Below are positions 8,924 to 18,253 of a stretch of DNA of 51,781 bases, piece after piece. The position numbers and the translations under genes were made by a program. How positions within the stretch are numbered: the first letter of the stretch is position 1; every line of letters begins with the position of its first letter. The notes beneath the pieces are model-generated. The model saw nothing but the letters and a program-made list of their open reading frames with translations. It ran no database searches and had not been told where the DNA came from. Source of the stretch: Candidatus Zhuqueibacterota bacterium (GTDB lineage: Bacteria; Zhuqueibacterota; Zhuqueibacteria; Residuimicrobiales; Krinioviventaceae); assembly GCA_003854995.1 (NCBI GenBank), contig RQOI01000640.1, forward strand, positions 1 to 51,781. Reading direction: 5' to 3'.

Positions 8924-9481
8924 TCATTTGGTCAGAACGAATGAAACGTTTATACGATTGTCCGCAATGAAGCCAATGTCTGCACCCGGCAAATCGCGTT
9001 CAAAATTGAGCATCACTCCCGCTGAAAACGTCTCCAGATGATAGTCGATCCAGACCGATAGATCGACAAAGAGTTTGACGTTGAAATAGGCATCATCAAA
9101 CTTGTAGAATAGCGATTCCGACCGATAGCCAAAGCCCAATTGCGGCAGTACGAAAAGATACTCTTCCTCGTAGGCTATTCTACCCAACAATAACTCGTTG
9201 ACAACGGCCGCCATGCCGCTGAAATTGTCCCCCTGCACATTGACATAGGTCGCTTTTATTTTGAGGTGCGCATCAATCTTTGGAATGTGTATGGGTGCGA
9301 GCACGGCCAGCGACACGCCTGAAGGTTTGGCATAGCTGTCGGCGATGTCGGAAAAATAGCGGGTCCAGCCGAAAGCCAGACTGCCGATAGAATGGTGGTG
9401 CGGAGCGTATAATTCCTCAGACTCGGTCGCACGCACGCTCGCGCATAAGAGGAGGAGGAGAAAGAGAACTGGTTTTTTCAT
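8924..9481 (-). CDS. Small secreted protein, probable 8-stranded outer-membrane beta-barrel (paralog B)
   Basis: Trimmed to MKKPVLFLLLLLCASVRATE. The ATG (complement of 9479-9481) is preceded by AGGAGC. It is a paralog of 8358..8903, as described for that feature. Confidence 0.5.
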   Translation of the reverse strand: MKKPVLFLLLLLCASVRATESEELYAPHHHSIGSLAFGWTRYFSDIADSYAKPSGVSLAVLAPIHIPKIDAHLKIKATYVNVQGDNFSGMAAVVNELLLGRIAYEEEYLFVLPQLGFGYRSESLFYKFDDAYFNVKLFVDLSVWIDYHLETFSAGVMLNFERDLPGADIGFIADNRINVSFVLTK

Positions 9482-9831
9482 ATTGCTCCTGTGAGTGACG
9501 CTGTACGATGAGAACGACGCACAAAGATAACTCATTTTATGAGAAATTCAATGGAAAAGTATACTATAAAAGATAGACGCCACGATCAACATGGATGAGC
9601 ATCATTCCATTGACAGGATACCAGATGGACAGTTTCCGCCGTGTCGCATTCGCTTCTCAACCTGCAGGGGAGTGAACAGAATTGAAATCGATTGACATTA
9701 TCAGCCCGACTAATTAAATGGTTTAAGTATATGTTTATAATGATTATAAACCGTGCTATTTATATGGCAAGATATTTGATGTGCATTTCTCCAATTTTTA
9801 CGCGAATGGAGATTCATTGAAGGAGAACGGT

Positions 9832-12192
9832 GTGAGTGGTGGAGTTGATCGCAAGATGCGCATGATTGTGATGGCGATGCTCTTTTTATTCTCTGGGCTC
9901 TCTCAGTCAGCTGAGTGGAATCTGGAAATCGATGATCCGTTGACGACTGGATCGACAGTTGGACGGCAGGGTGGAGGAATCTACACGGAAAAGGGATGGA
10001 AGACCGAGACACGATGGGACCATATCCAGTATGACATTGAAACCTGTTCGCATGGAAAAATTGAATTTGACGTGCAGGGCCTTTACGCCAGCAATCAAGT
10101 CTTTCCCAATGAACTGTATTATCAAGGTCAGCTGATCAGTAACGAAGACATGCATTACACGCTATTCAATATGTGGGACAGGGACGAATCGGACGAGTGG
10201 TATGGGAAAACAATCAACGGCATTCGGCAATGGCATAATCCTTGGAAGCTCTTGCTGCATATCTTTGGCTATGTCGAAGGCGATCAATGGAAATGGCAGC
10301 ATGGGCGATTTCGCCTCAATGTCAGCGCTTACCAGGGCGGCTATGATGATGATCCGCATGCATTTGAACTCGAATACGGGCCTATAACGTGGCAAAAGGA
10401 GCATATCTATCATGTCCGTCTGGAATGGGGGCATGGACAGATGTCTTATTATATCGATGATCAGCTGTACCAGCACGTCGATTACAGCTCATTCGGAACA
10501 GAGTATGCGCCGCCCTACCACAGCATGCGTCTCGGCTCTGCAGAATCGGGCTGCAAAGGAATGGAGATGCAGGTGCCGCAACAAATAACGTATGCAAATT
10601 TCAAGTTTTTTCGGCAGTCCGAAAGCTCGGCGCCCTTTGTGCAGGATTTCACTCCCGGCGACAATGCAGTGGAGCGTCCATTTACTGCCAGTTTTTCGAC
10701 CGGGAGCGCGGATCAGAGGCAGGTTGAAAAATTCGGAATTTTTGAACTGGCGATTGTCGCTCCTGGCATCAGCGGCAATAAATATGTCGACGTATCATTG
10801 CGGGGCGTCTTTCAAGGGCCAACGCAGCGAATTGAAATCAATGGATTTTGGAATGGCGGCGATGTGTACCAAGTCCGCATGATGCCGACAGAAGTCGGCA
10901 CGTGGAGCTACTCGCTGTCAGGCTCGCATAGCGCCTTTGACAAGAGCGGCTCGTTCACGGTCACTGAATCGAATCGCAAGGGTCATATTCACGTGAATCC
11001 GGATAATCCATATACGTTCATCTGGGATGATGGCACTCCCTGGATGTGGAAGGGGGAAACATCGTGGCGTCTGTTCACCCACCTCTATCCGTACGAGAGC
11101 CGTTTCAAGGAGTATATTGATCTCCGGCATGAACAGGGCTTTAATGTCGTGCAGGCGATTGTCGTGAGTTATATCAATGGCGATGCATTCTGGGCGAACG
11201 AGGGGGGTGTTGCTTTTCAGTTGACCCAAAGCGGCAAGGATTATGATCGTCTGAATCCCGGCTATTTTCAGTGGCTGGATCGACGAATCGAATATATGAA
11301 CTCGCTCGGCATGGCGCCGGTCATTTTTTTCACCTGGGCGCAAGAATTTGTCAAATTTTCAGAGGCTCAATTTGCGGCATTCTGCGACTATATGGTCGCG
11401 CGGTTCAGCGCCTATAATGTGTTCTGGTGCCTGTCCGGTGAGCACAGCGAGGTCTATGATGATTTTGGCCTATTGCCGAGCGTCTGGCGACAACATGGCA
11501 GGCATGTCGCAGCGACAGATCCGTACGCTCATCCCATCACCCTGCATCCGGGCGGCAAGGTGCGGTCGAGCGCTGAATTTGGCGCCGATGAGTGGTTTGG
11601 CTTTGTCATGCAGCAGACGCCGGATTTTCACGCCATGATTGCCAGAGATCGCATTTACTCCAAGCCGGTCGTCAATGGGGAATATGCCTATGCGGGCTGG
11701 ACTGAGGATGATAACTCGTTACGCACCGGCGCCTGGGAGATATTCACCGCCGGCGGATATGCCACCGCCGGCTTTTTCACCACTTTTGCACCGGACAAGG
11801 GTGGTTACGATTTGAACGCCAATGCGCAACAACAACAGGAGATGATGGTGTTTCATGAATTCACGCAACGTCTGCAATGGTGGAGCATGCAGCCGAACGA
11901 TGCTCTCGTGAGCACAGGTCACTGCATCGCTGATCCGGGAAGGGAATACGTCGTCTACTCCCGCAACGGCGGGAGCGTTGAGCTGAATCTGGCCGCCGTC
12001 AATGGAGAAATCGACATGCAGTGGTTCAATCCGAGGACGGGCGACTATTCGCCCGTGTCCAGGGTGACCGGAGGCGCGACACTATCCCTGGCGCCGCCGT
12101 TCAGCGGCGATTGGGTGCTGTATGTCGGTGGCAGTCATGATGCGCGCCCGCCGGCAGCGCCATCCGGATTGATGGTGATCTCGGATCAATAG
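9832..12192 (+). CDS. Secreted multidomain glycoside hydrolase, DUF5060 + DUF4038 (GH140-like) with an N-terminal concanavalin/LamG-like domain
   Basis: GTG at 9832 lies 5 nt after AGGAGA (9821-9826). An alternative ATG is at 9856. Signal MRMIVMAMLFLFSGLSQSA. DUF5060-like FGIFELAIV...VSLRGVFQGPTQRIEINGFWNGGDVYQVRMMPTEVGTWSY. DUF4038-like FIWDDGTPWMWKGETSWRLF...RHEQGFNVVQAIVV. A C-terminal beta-sandwich tail is present. Confidence 0.7.
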   Translation: MSGGVDRKMRMIVMAMLFLFSGLSQSAEWNLEIDDPLTTGSTVGRQGGGIYTEKGWKTETRWDHIQYDIETCSHGKIEFDVQGLYASNQVFPNELYYQGQLISNEDMHYTLFNMWDRDESDEWYGKTINGIRQWHNPWKLLLHIFGYVEGDQWKWQHGRFRLNVSAYQGGYDDDPHAFELEYGPITWQKEHIYHVRLEWGHGQMSYYIDDQLYQHVDYSSFGTEYAPPYHSMRLGSAESGCKGMEMQVPQQITYANFKFFRQSESSAPFVQDFTPGDNAVERPFTASFSTGSADQRQVEKFGIFELAIVAPGISGNKYVDVSLRGVFQGPTQRIEINGFWNGGDVYQVRMMPTEVGTWSYSLSGSHSAFDKSGSFTVTESNRKGHIHVNPDNPYTFIWDDGTPWMWKGETSWRLFTHLYPYESRFKEYIDLRHEQGFNVVQAIVVSYINGDAFWANEGGVAFQLTQSGKDYDRLNPGYFQWLDRRIEYMNSLGMAPVIFFTWAQEFVKFSEAQFAAFCDYMVARFSAYNVFWCLSGEHSEVYDDFGLLPSVWRQHGRHVAATDPYAHPITLHPGGKVRSSAEFGADEWFGFVMQQTPDFHAMIARDRIYSKPVVNGEYAYAGWTEDDNSLRTGAWEIFTAGGYATAGFFTTFAPDKGGYDLNANAQQQQEMMVFHEFTQRLQWWSMQPNDALVSTGHCIADPGREYVVYSRNGGSVELNLAAVNGEIDMQWFNPRTGDYSPVSRVTGGATLSLAPPFSGDWVLYVGGSHDARPPAAPSGLMVISDQ

Positions 12193-12300
12193 GAGGCGCT
12201 ACAGCACATCGCGACTTTATTTGCGGCACACTTGCCAACATGCATCCACTGCGGCATCACTCGACTGGCTCGGCCAAGCCATCTGGATCGGTTGATCGGC

Positions 12301-14256
12301 TCAGCGGCTCTCGTCCGATTTCACCGTCATCACAAAACCGCCATACGGGGCCATTTTTATCTCGTGCACCCCATTGGGCAGCTTTTGTATCTTGAATGAG
12401 CGCGCCGCTTCATCACCGATGAATAACACCTCGCCGACGCCAAATTGGCGCGCATCGATAGTGACGGTCTTTTCCTCCTCCAGGCCGCTGATGCCGCCGA
12501 GATGCCAGGTGTCGCCGCTGCGACGTGCCAGTACGACAAATTTGCCCGGCTCTCCATGCAGAAATTTGATCTCATCCCAGGTCACCGGCACCTCCCGGAG
12601 GAACTGTTGCACCGTCTCGGGTTGTGTTCGGTAGCCATCCGGCTTGTCGGCAAAATGCAGGATGCCGGATTGAAAGACGATCGATAGCGCCAGTTCGTGT
12701 GCCACTGTCGTCAGATGCGGATTTTCCATGTCCGTGAAGGTGACTGGCGTGTAATCCATGGGGCCGATGGCGTTGCGGGTGAAGACGAGATTGACGTTGT
12801 GCCAGGTGGCATTTCTCGGGTAGGCAGTGTTGAATTTATACTGCTCCGCGCCATTGACCGCTTCGAGGGTCAGCAGGTTGGGAAAAGTCCGTTCCCAGCC
12901 GCGCGGGATCGTGCAGCCGTGGAAATTGACCAGAATCTGGAAGTCATTGGCGTCTCGCAGCAGATCGGTATAGTATTTGATCATGTCCTGTTTGTCGCTG
13001 TGCCAGAAATCAACTTTAACGCCCTTGACACCTATCTCTGATAGCCACTGAAATTCCTGTCGTCGCCGCTCGCGCTCAAACAGGCGATCGCGCGGCGCTT
13101 CGGTGACGCTATTGTGCGGACCTCCCGAATTGTACCAGACCAGCACGCCAACTCTTTTGTCGTCCGCATAGTTGATAAAGTCGAGTAAATCCGCCATCGG
13201 CTCATAATTCCAGTTTGCATCGAGCAGATAATATTCCCATCCCATGTCAGCGGCCAGATCGATGAAGGTTTTCTGTTTGGCGAAATTGCGCGGACTCGCG
13301 CTATCCGACCACCAGCTCCACGCAGCGCGGCCTGGTTTGATGTAATCGCTGACCGCATACGCCAGCGGATCTGCGACATGGGTGACCAGAGACGATTCGA
13401 CGATATCGCCAGGACTGTCACCGATGATGATGACCTTCCAGGAGGATTGCCACGGCAAAGAAGCGACCGGCGTTGATTTTCCAACGCCCTCTCCATCTGC
13501 CTCTTCAGGCAAACGCACCTGATAGAGCCCGTCCGGTGCATCCTTTTCCAGATGCGTACCGCAATAAGAGCCGTTCAATCCTGATTCGGTGATGAGGATA
13601 GTGATGGCGCCATCATTTATTCTGAATAGCGCCGGGAATGCCCAGCCGGACTGCGTCGGTGACGAGGCGCCAACGGCGTATTCGCCATAAAAGTTCTCAT
13701 AGGCGGGCCACCACTGGCCGGGATCATCATAAGGCATGATATAGGCTGTCCCGGCCGGGATTTTGAAAGCGCTGGCCTCTCTCGTGATAATTTTTTCACC
13801 CTCTCCGGGCAGAGCGTATTTGAAAGCGACGCCGTCATCAAAAGCCCGGACGATGAGTTCAAAGTCTGTCCCATTTTCATTGTTGAGAGCGAGGATCAAC
13901 TGGTTGGCAAGGCTATGCAAATTTCGACGTTTGCCATTGTGCAGGGTGTAGGTTTCGTCAATTTTGGCGAACGATGCGGTGCGGAATACGAGATTTTTCG
14001 CGAACGACTCGCCTTCACATTCCAAACCCAGCGGTGCTTTGTCCATCACCACTTTTTTTCCATAGGTGATCCAATAGCGCAGCGAACCCTCACCAGGCGA
14101 TGAGGATACATCGCTGGCTTGCGACGAGAGTTCGACAGTGATCTCCAGTTTCCCGTCCGGCGATTTGACCGTCCAGAGATTGGAACCATTCTTGGATGCG
14201 CACGAAGTGAATAAAAGCGAAATCACGATAAGAGCTGATGCGATGGATGATCTCAT
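12301..14256 (-). CDS. GH97 glycoside hydrolase (alpha-glucosidase/alpha-galactosidase family), lipoprotein
   Basis: Signal plus lipobox LLFTSC. GH97-like layout with an N-terminal beta-sandwich and a central TIM barrel. Motifs MGWEYYLLDANW and GVKGVKVDFWHSDKQDM. Length 651 aa. Confidence 0.8.
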   Translation of the reverse strand: MRSSIASALIVISLLFTSCASKNGSNLWTVKSPDGKLEITVELSSQASDVSSSPGEGSLRYWITYGKKVVMDKAPLGLECEGESFAKNLVFRTASFAKIDETYTLHNGKRRNLHSLANQLILALNNENGTDFELIVRAFDDGVAFKYALPGEGEKIITREASAFKIPAGTAYIMPYDDPGQWWPAYENFYGEYAVGASSPTQSGWAFPALFRINDGAITILITESGLNGSYCGTHLEKDAPDGLYQVRLPEEADGEGVGKSTPVASLPWQSSWKVIIIGDSPGDIVESSLVTHVADPLAYAVSDYIKPGRAAWSWWSDSASPRNFAKQKTFIDLAADMGWEYYLLDANWNYEPMADLLDFINYADDKRVGVLVWYNSGGPHNSVTEAPRDRLFERERRRQEFQWLSEIGVKGVKVDFWHSDKQDMIKYYTDLLRDANDFQILVNFHGCTIPRGWERTFPNLLTLEAVNGAEQYKFNTAYPRNATWHNVNLVFTRNAIGPMDYTPVTFTDMENPHLTTVAHELALSIVFQSGILHFADKPDGYRTQPETVQQFLREVPVTWDEIKFLHGEPGKFVVLARRSGDTWHLGGISGLEEEKTVTIDARQFGVGEVLFIGDEAARSFKIQKLPNGVHEIKMAPYGGFVMTVKSDESR

Positions 14257-14331
14257 GGCTGACTCCGATTCGATTGGAACTCGATGAATTTTCAGGATAA
14301 GGTTATATGATGAGGAGAGCGATTTTCTGCA

Positions 14332-14892
14332 TCATCGAATCCGTGTCGGTTTTTGTTCCAAATGACTTATTCGTTTCTCATGATTGTCAAGAATACTCTG
14401 ATGCCGATCGATTGTCACATTAGTAGCAGCTCGTTCTATTTGATTATCCTTGAGATCACCGACAACATCGCTCAACACTTCGATGATGTGATCCAGCTTG
14501 GTGTGCACGCCTCGCAATTCTGACTTGATATTGACAATCTCCACCGTATTCACTGCAACTTGGGCTGTCAGCTTGTCCAGGTCTTTTTTTCGGGCAAAGT
14601 CTTTTGCATCATCTCTGGTGATAAAGTTTTTCAGGTCATCCTTTTTTGCAAAGGCTTTCAGATCGTCTTTAGTGGCAGAGTTTTTCAGATCGTCTTTTGT
14701 GGCAAAGTTTTTCAGATCGTCTTTTGTGGCAAACCTTTTCAGGTCGTCTTTTGTGGCAAAGTTTTTCAGATCATCTTTTGTAGCAAACCTTTTCAGATCG
14801 TTCTTTGTAGCAAATTTTGCGAATTCCAGTTTCAGTTCGTCGCGCAAATCATTCAAATCTTGTTTTGTCGCGACGCTATTCAATGGATTCAT
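14332..14892 (-). CDS. Small repeat-containing coiled-coil-like protein (nine FATKDDLKN-type nonapeptide repeats), function unknown
   Basis: 186-aa ORF with no signal peptide or TM segment. The N-terminus VATKQDLNDLRDELKLEF is followed by 9 x 9-aa repeats, then a heptad-like C-terminal half (VEIVNIKSELRGVHTKLDHIIEVLSDVVGDLKDNQ). By eye it is more AT-rich than its neighbours. Confidence 0.6.
   Translation of the reverse strand: MNPLNSVATKQDLNDLRDELKLEFAKFATKNDLKRFATKDDLKNFATKDDLKRFATKDDLKNFATKDDLKNSATKDDLKAFAKKDDLKNFITRDDAKDFARKKDLDKLTAQVAVNTVEIVNIKSELRGVHTKLDHIIEVLSDVVGDLKDNQIERAATNVTIDRHQSILDNHEKRISHLEQKPTRIR
14572..14814 (-). repeat. Nine head-to-tail 27-nt in-frame tandem repeats (plus-strand consensus GTTTTTCAGATCGTCTTTTGTGGCAAA)
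   Basis: Units are at 14572, 14599, 14626, 14653, 14680, 14707, 14734, 14761 and 14788. Units 14680-14706 and 14707-14733 are identical. The central units differ by 2-5 nt and the outer units are more degenerate. There are no spacers between units. Confidence 0.9.
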
Positions 14893-15059
14893 CTCGTGCC
14901 CTTTAATTGAGAGTCCTTTTCAATTTAAACGAAATTTTTTCAGATGCAAGTACTTTGCTGCAAAAGTCAAATTTCAAGTCTCACTTTTCTCGGACATTCA
15001 TATAGTGCATCACTTTCCTTGGGAATTCTCAAACTCACGTAAAAAGAGCTGCAATCGAT

Positions 15060-18000
15060 TCATTCAACCGCAATTTCAAAGTCCTCGAGCAAGCCATAAT
15101 CGAGCAAATCGTAATCCCTACCTCTTGGCTGTTCTTCTGGTGCGTACTTGAAGCTCCACGGCGTCACGACGCCGCGGCGACTAACATTGTGGTGCGGACC
15201 AAGCAAATTCTTCAAGCTGCCAGTGACAACGACGTCGATCCGATTCTCTCCCTTGCGCATGGCGTCTGAGACATCCAGCTCAAATGGTTGCCAACCTATG
15301 ATGCCGATTTTTACCCCGTTTACATGGACAGACGCCACGGTCCCCCGCCATTCACCCAGTCGAACGAGCACACTCTTAGCCTCTGTCAGGACAAGTTTTT
15401 TGCTGTATCTGACGTCGTATGGATAAAAGGGATGCCCTTGTTCTCTCCACGATCCACATTCAAGCGTCGCCGCCGGCACAATTTTCCAGCCGCGCTCCTG
15501 CTCTGCCAACTGAAAATTTCCCAGGATATAGGCCGGTGCAATTTCGGCGTAAATGGACATGGGATGCATGCTGATGGAGAGCTCATTTTGGCCCACGACG
15601 ACATGCTCACTGATATCGAACACACCCCATGTCTCATCGACAGCCCATTCATTCGGCATGGGTTTTATGGCTTGGCCATTGATTCGCACCTGCCACAAGT
15701 CCGGATTCTCGACAACAGCTCTCAAGGAGCTCATCGCCACCCCTTTGTCGACGATGAAAGGATAGCTCGCGTCAAAACCGCTGCCCTGGACGAAAGTGTC
15801 CGCCTCGACCCATTCGGTTTGCCACTGCACCGATGATACCCATGGATTTTCTTCATAACCGTGCGCCTTCCAGATGTGCAAACCGCCCGTGTAGTAGTAA
15901 ATCCCATTGTACTCTTGAGCGTCAACCGTCAAGTTAATATAATCCAGTGTGAGGATATTGGGAGACAAGCGCTCTACCGTCGATGGGCCGGTCGCCATAA
16001 CTTTGTACTGCGGTTTGAACGGCGCTGTCGTCGCCGGCATCTCTGCATCGCTGATATAGAGGAGCAGACTGCCGGCCGGTGGCAGGTCAAAGGATATCTC
16101 GACGTAGCCATTGATTGATTTTGTCGGATAGGCTCTGATCGCACCCGAAAGCGCATCAAGCTCTTGCACCGATGCGCCGAGCACTGAAAATGAACCTTTC
16201 GCGGCCGCCTGCAGGCTGAAATTGGTGAGGAAGACGAGCTGGCCGTTCTCCAGGTCGCGGCGCATATGGTAGAGATCGCCGCCAACCTTGAGAGGATTGG
16301 CCAATTTAAATTCTCTATCCATCTGCTCGACGAACTTGGCCACACTCTTTATTTTTTTCCACTGCATATGGTGTTGCAGGGCAGCTGTTTTTTCTTCAAC
16401 GCGACCGTCCACATGGGTTGGCATTTCGCCAAAATTGTAGACACTGCCGCCTTCAGCGAGGAACTGCCGGAGCAATTCGAACGTCCGCGCGTTGAAATTT
16501 TCGTAATGCGGCGGCAGAACGACCGCCCGATAGCTCCTGTCATTCATTAACAATCTGCCGTTTTTGACCGCGCCAAAATCTTTGATCGTCTTTTCTGATC
16601 CAAGATCATATTCAACCTGATAGTCCTCCAGCTCACTGAGCAGGTTGTGAAAAGCGGCGTCCATGATCGTGAGCTGATCAGGTGATTTCACCGGCGAGTA
16701 ATACATCCACGCCGTCGTCGTGGGCTCGAGCACAAGGATGTCATTCATTTGTTCGCCGCTGGAGAGAGCCACCGATAGACGCGCAAAATAGTCGTTGAGA
16801 ACTCGATAGTCCTTCCACCATGGCGTCTGATAGCAGATGCCCTGCGGAAAGTCGTGTTTGCGATCGCCGGTCAAATTCATATAGGCGAGATGTTGATTCA
16901 TAAAGTTAATGCCGAGCACATATTCCCAGTCGCCATTTCTCTTCATGTCTTTGAACGTGAGCTCCCAGCCTGCTGCGCCATACGTTTCGCTGAGCACCCG
17001 CGCACGACTGAATTGGTTGGCGACGCTGCGCACTTCCTTGATGGCGCGGATGTTGCCGAATTGGGTGCGATCATGATCCGCGGTGTTGAACAGCATATCA
17101 ACTGCCGGAATCTGGTGATAGGCGTACATGGCCATATTGTCGCTGCCATGCACTGGATTTGGCCAGCCATGCTCCCAGTAGTGGCCGGTCCAGGCGAGAT
17201 TCTTTTCCTCTGTATAGCGATGCCACGGTTTTGACCAGTGATCGATGAACAGCTCGAGCAGCAGTTCATAATAGTTATGACGCACCTTTTTCCATTCGCC
17301 CACCGGCGCAAAGATGCTCGGCAGATGCACTTTGAGATCATAGCCCCAACGCTTGTGAAAGTCCTCGAACAAGGCCGGAGTAGTACGCATGCCGCCCCTG
17401 ACATCTGGATTGATGTTCGGTTCATCCGTGAACACGCCCGGCACAGTAGCGCCGAATTCGTCTCCGACGCTCCTTTCATAGCCCGGCATGGTGACGTCGA
17501 TGAATTGTTCCGTGACGCCAGGGATGAGCAGATCCACATAGGTGCGTCCGGCATACCACTTGGATTTTTCAAAGTAGTGATTTTCAAAGAGAATGAAATC
17601 GCCGCTGTCACCGGGCTGCACCACCGCGGTGACGTCGATGTACGCCTCATCCTTTTCTCTCAAGATGACGCCGAAATCGCCGACTGGAACGGACTGCGCT
17701 CTTGCCATGGTCAAGGCGACCGGCTGATGTGCCGATTCGGGCATCAATTCGGGCACCCAACCGCCGGCAAAGCCGCTGGGAAAAGAGTTCTCGTCATAGA
17801 TCCACGCTTTCAGGCCGAGGCGTTTCGCCTCCTGAACGCTGAATTCGACCATCTCGAACCACTCATCGGACAGATACTCGGTTATCAGGCCGTAGCGGGG
17901 ATGCATAAAGCCGCCGCCCAGGCCGCTCTCTTTGAAATGCTGCAAATCTCGAGCGAGCATTTTTTTATCCAGGCGGTCGTGCCATACCCATAATGGTGTG

Positions 18001-18140
18001 GGGCGAAAATCGGACGACGGATTCTCAAAAGTCGGCAACATCTCTTCGAGCGATCTATAATGCGTGTTGATGATACTATTTTGTGCCGCCATCATCCTCG
18101 GCATCAAGAAAAGGAACGCCAATAGAGTGTGGATTTTCAT
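15060..18140 (-). CDS. Large secreted exo-glycosidase, GH106-like (alpha-L-rhamnosidase family) with a C-terminal galactose-binding-like domain; family tentative
   Basis: 1026 aa with signal MKIHTLLAFLFLMPRMMAAQ. The N-terminal pattern FENPSSDFRPTPLWVWHDRLDKKMLARDLQHFKESGLGGGFMHPRYGLITEYLSDEWF...WIYDENSFPSGFAGG and the C-terminal VHVNGVKIG...FELDVSDAMRKGENRIDVVV match my recollection of GH106-type glycosyl hydrolases. Confidence 0.55.
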   Translation of the reverse strand: MKIHTLLAFLFLMPRMMAAQNSIINTHYRSLEEMLPTFENPSSDFRPTPLWVWHDRLDKKMLARDLQHFKESGLGGGFMHPRYGLITEYLSDEWFEMVEFSVQEAKRLGLKAWIYDENSFPSGFAGGWVPELMPESAHQPVALTMARAQSVPVGDFGVILREKDEAYIDVTAVVQPGDSGDFILFENHYFEKSKWYAGRTYVDLLIPGVTEQFIDVTMPGYERSVGDEFGATVPGVFTDEPNINPDVRGGMRTTPALFEDFHKRWGYDLKVHLPSIFAPVGEWKKVRHNYYELLLELFIDHWSKPWHRYTEEKNLAWTGHYWEHGWPNPVHGSDNMAMYAYHQIPAVDMLFNTADHDRTQFGNIRAIKEVRSVANQFSRARVLSETYGAAGWELTFKDMKRNGDWEYVLGINFMNQHLAYMNLTGDRKHDFPQGICYQTPWWKDYRVLNDYFARLSVALSSGEQMNDILVLEPTTTAWMYYSPVKSPDQLTIMDAAFHNLLSELEDYQVEYDLGSEKTIKDFGAVKNGRLLMNDRSYRAVVLPPHYENFNARTFELLRQFLAEGGSVYNFGEMPTHVDGRVEEKTAALQHHMQWKKIKSVAKFVEQMDREFKLANPLKVGGDLYHMRRDLENGQLVFLTNFSLQAAAKGSFSVLGASVQELDALSGAIRAYPTKSINGYVEISFDLPPAGSLLLYISDAEMPATTAPFKPQYKVMATGPSTVERLSPNILTLDYINLTVDAQEYNGIYYYTGGLHIWKAHGYEENPWVSSVQWQTEWVEADTFVQGSGFDASYPFIVDKGVAMSSLRAVVENPDLWQVRINGQAIKPMPNEWAVDETWGVFDISEHVVVGQNELSISMHPMSIYAEIAPAYILGNFQLAEQERGWKIVPAATLECGSWREQGHPFYPYDVRYSKKLVLTEAKSVLVRLGEWRGTVASVHVNGVKIGIIGWQPFELDVSDAMRKGENRIDVVVTGSLKNLLGPHHNVSRRGVVTPWSFKYAPEEQPRGRDYDLLDYGLLEDFEIAVE

Positions 18141-18253
18141 GCGGGCCTCATCGTCTATGTTTTAGTATGATCAGACAGAGATGAAGAATATAACTGTTTG
18201 TGTCATAAAGATGAAATGAAAACTTGCTTTCATTTTTTGATGGCTGGGGGAAA

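Noticed and set aside
14572-14814. Possible CRISPR array suggested by the regular 27-nt repeats
   Set aside because: The repeats are directly head-to-tail with no spacers, they are in frame inside a 186-aa ORF, and no cas genes are nearby. This is a coding tandem repeat, not a CRISPR array.
18213-18238. AT-only hairpin (AAATGAAA-ACTTGC-TTTCATTT) as an intrinsic terminator after the 18254..19459 gene
   Set aside because: The stem is 8 bp with a single G:C pair, and the T-run is on the plus strand while the gene is on the minus strand. This is too weak to call.
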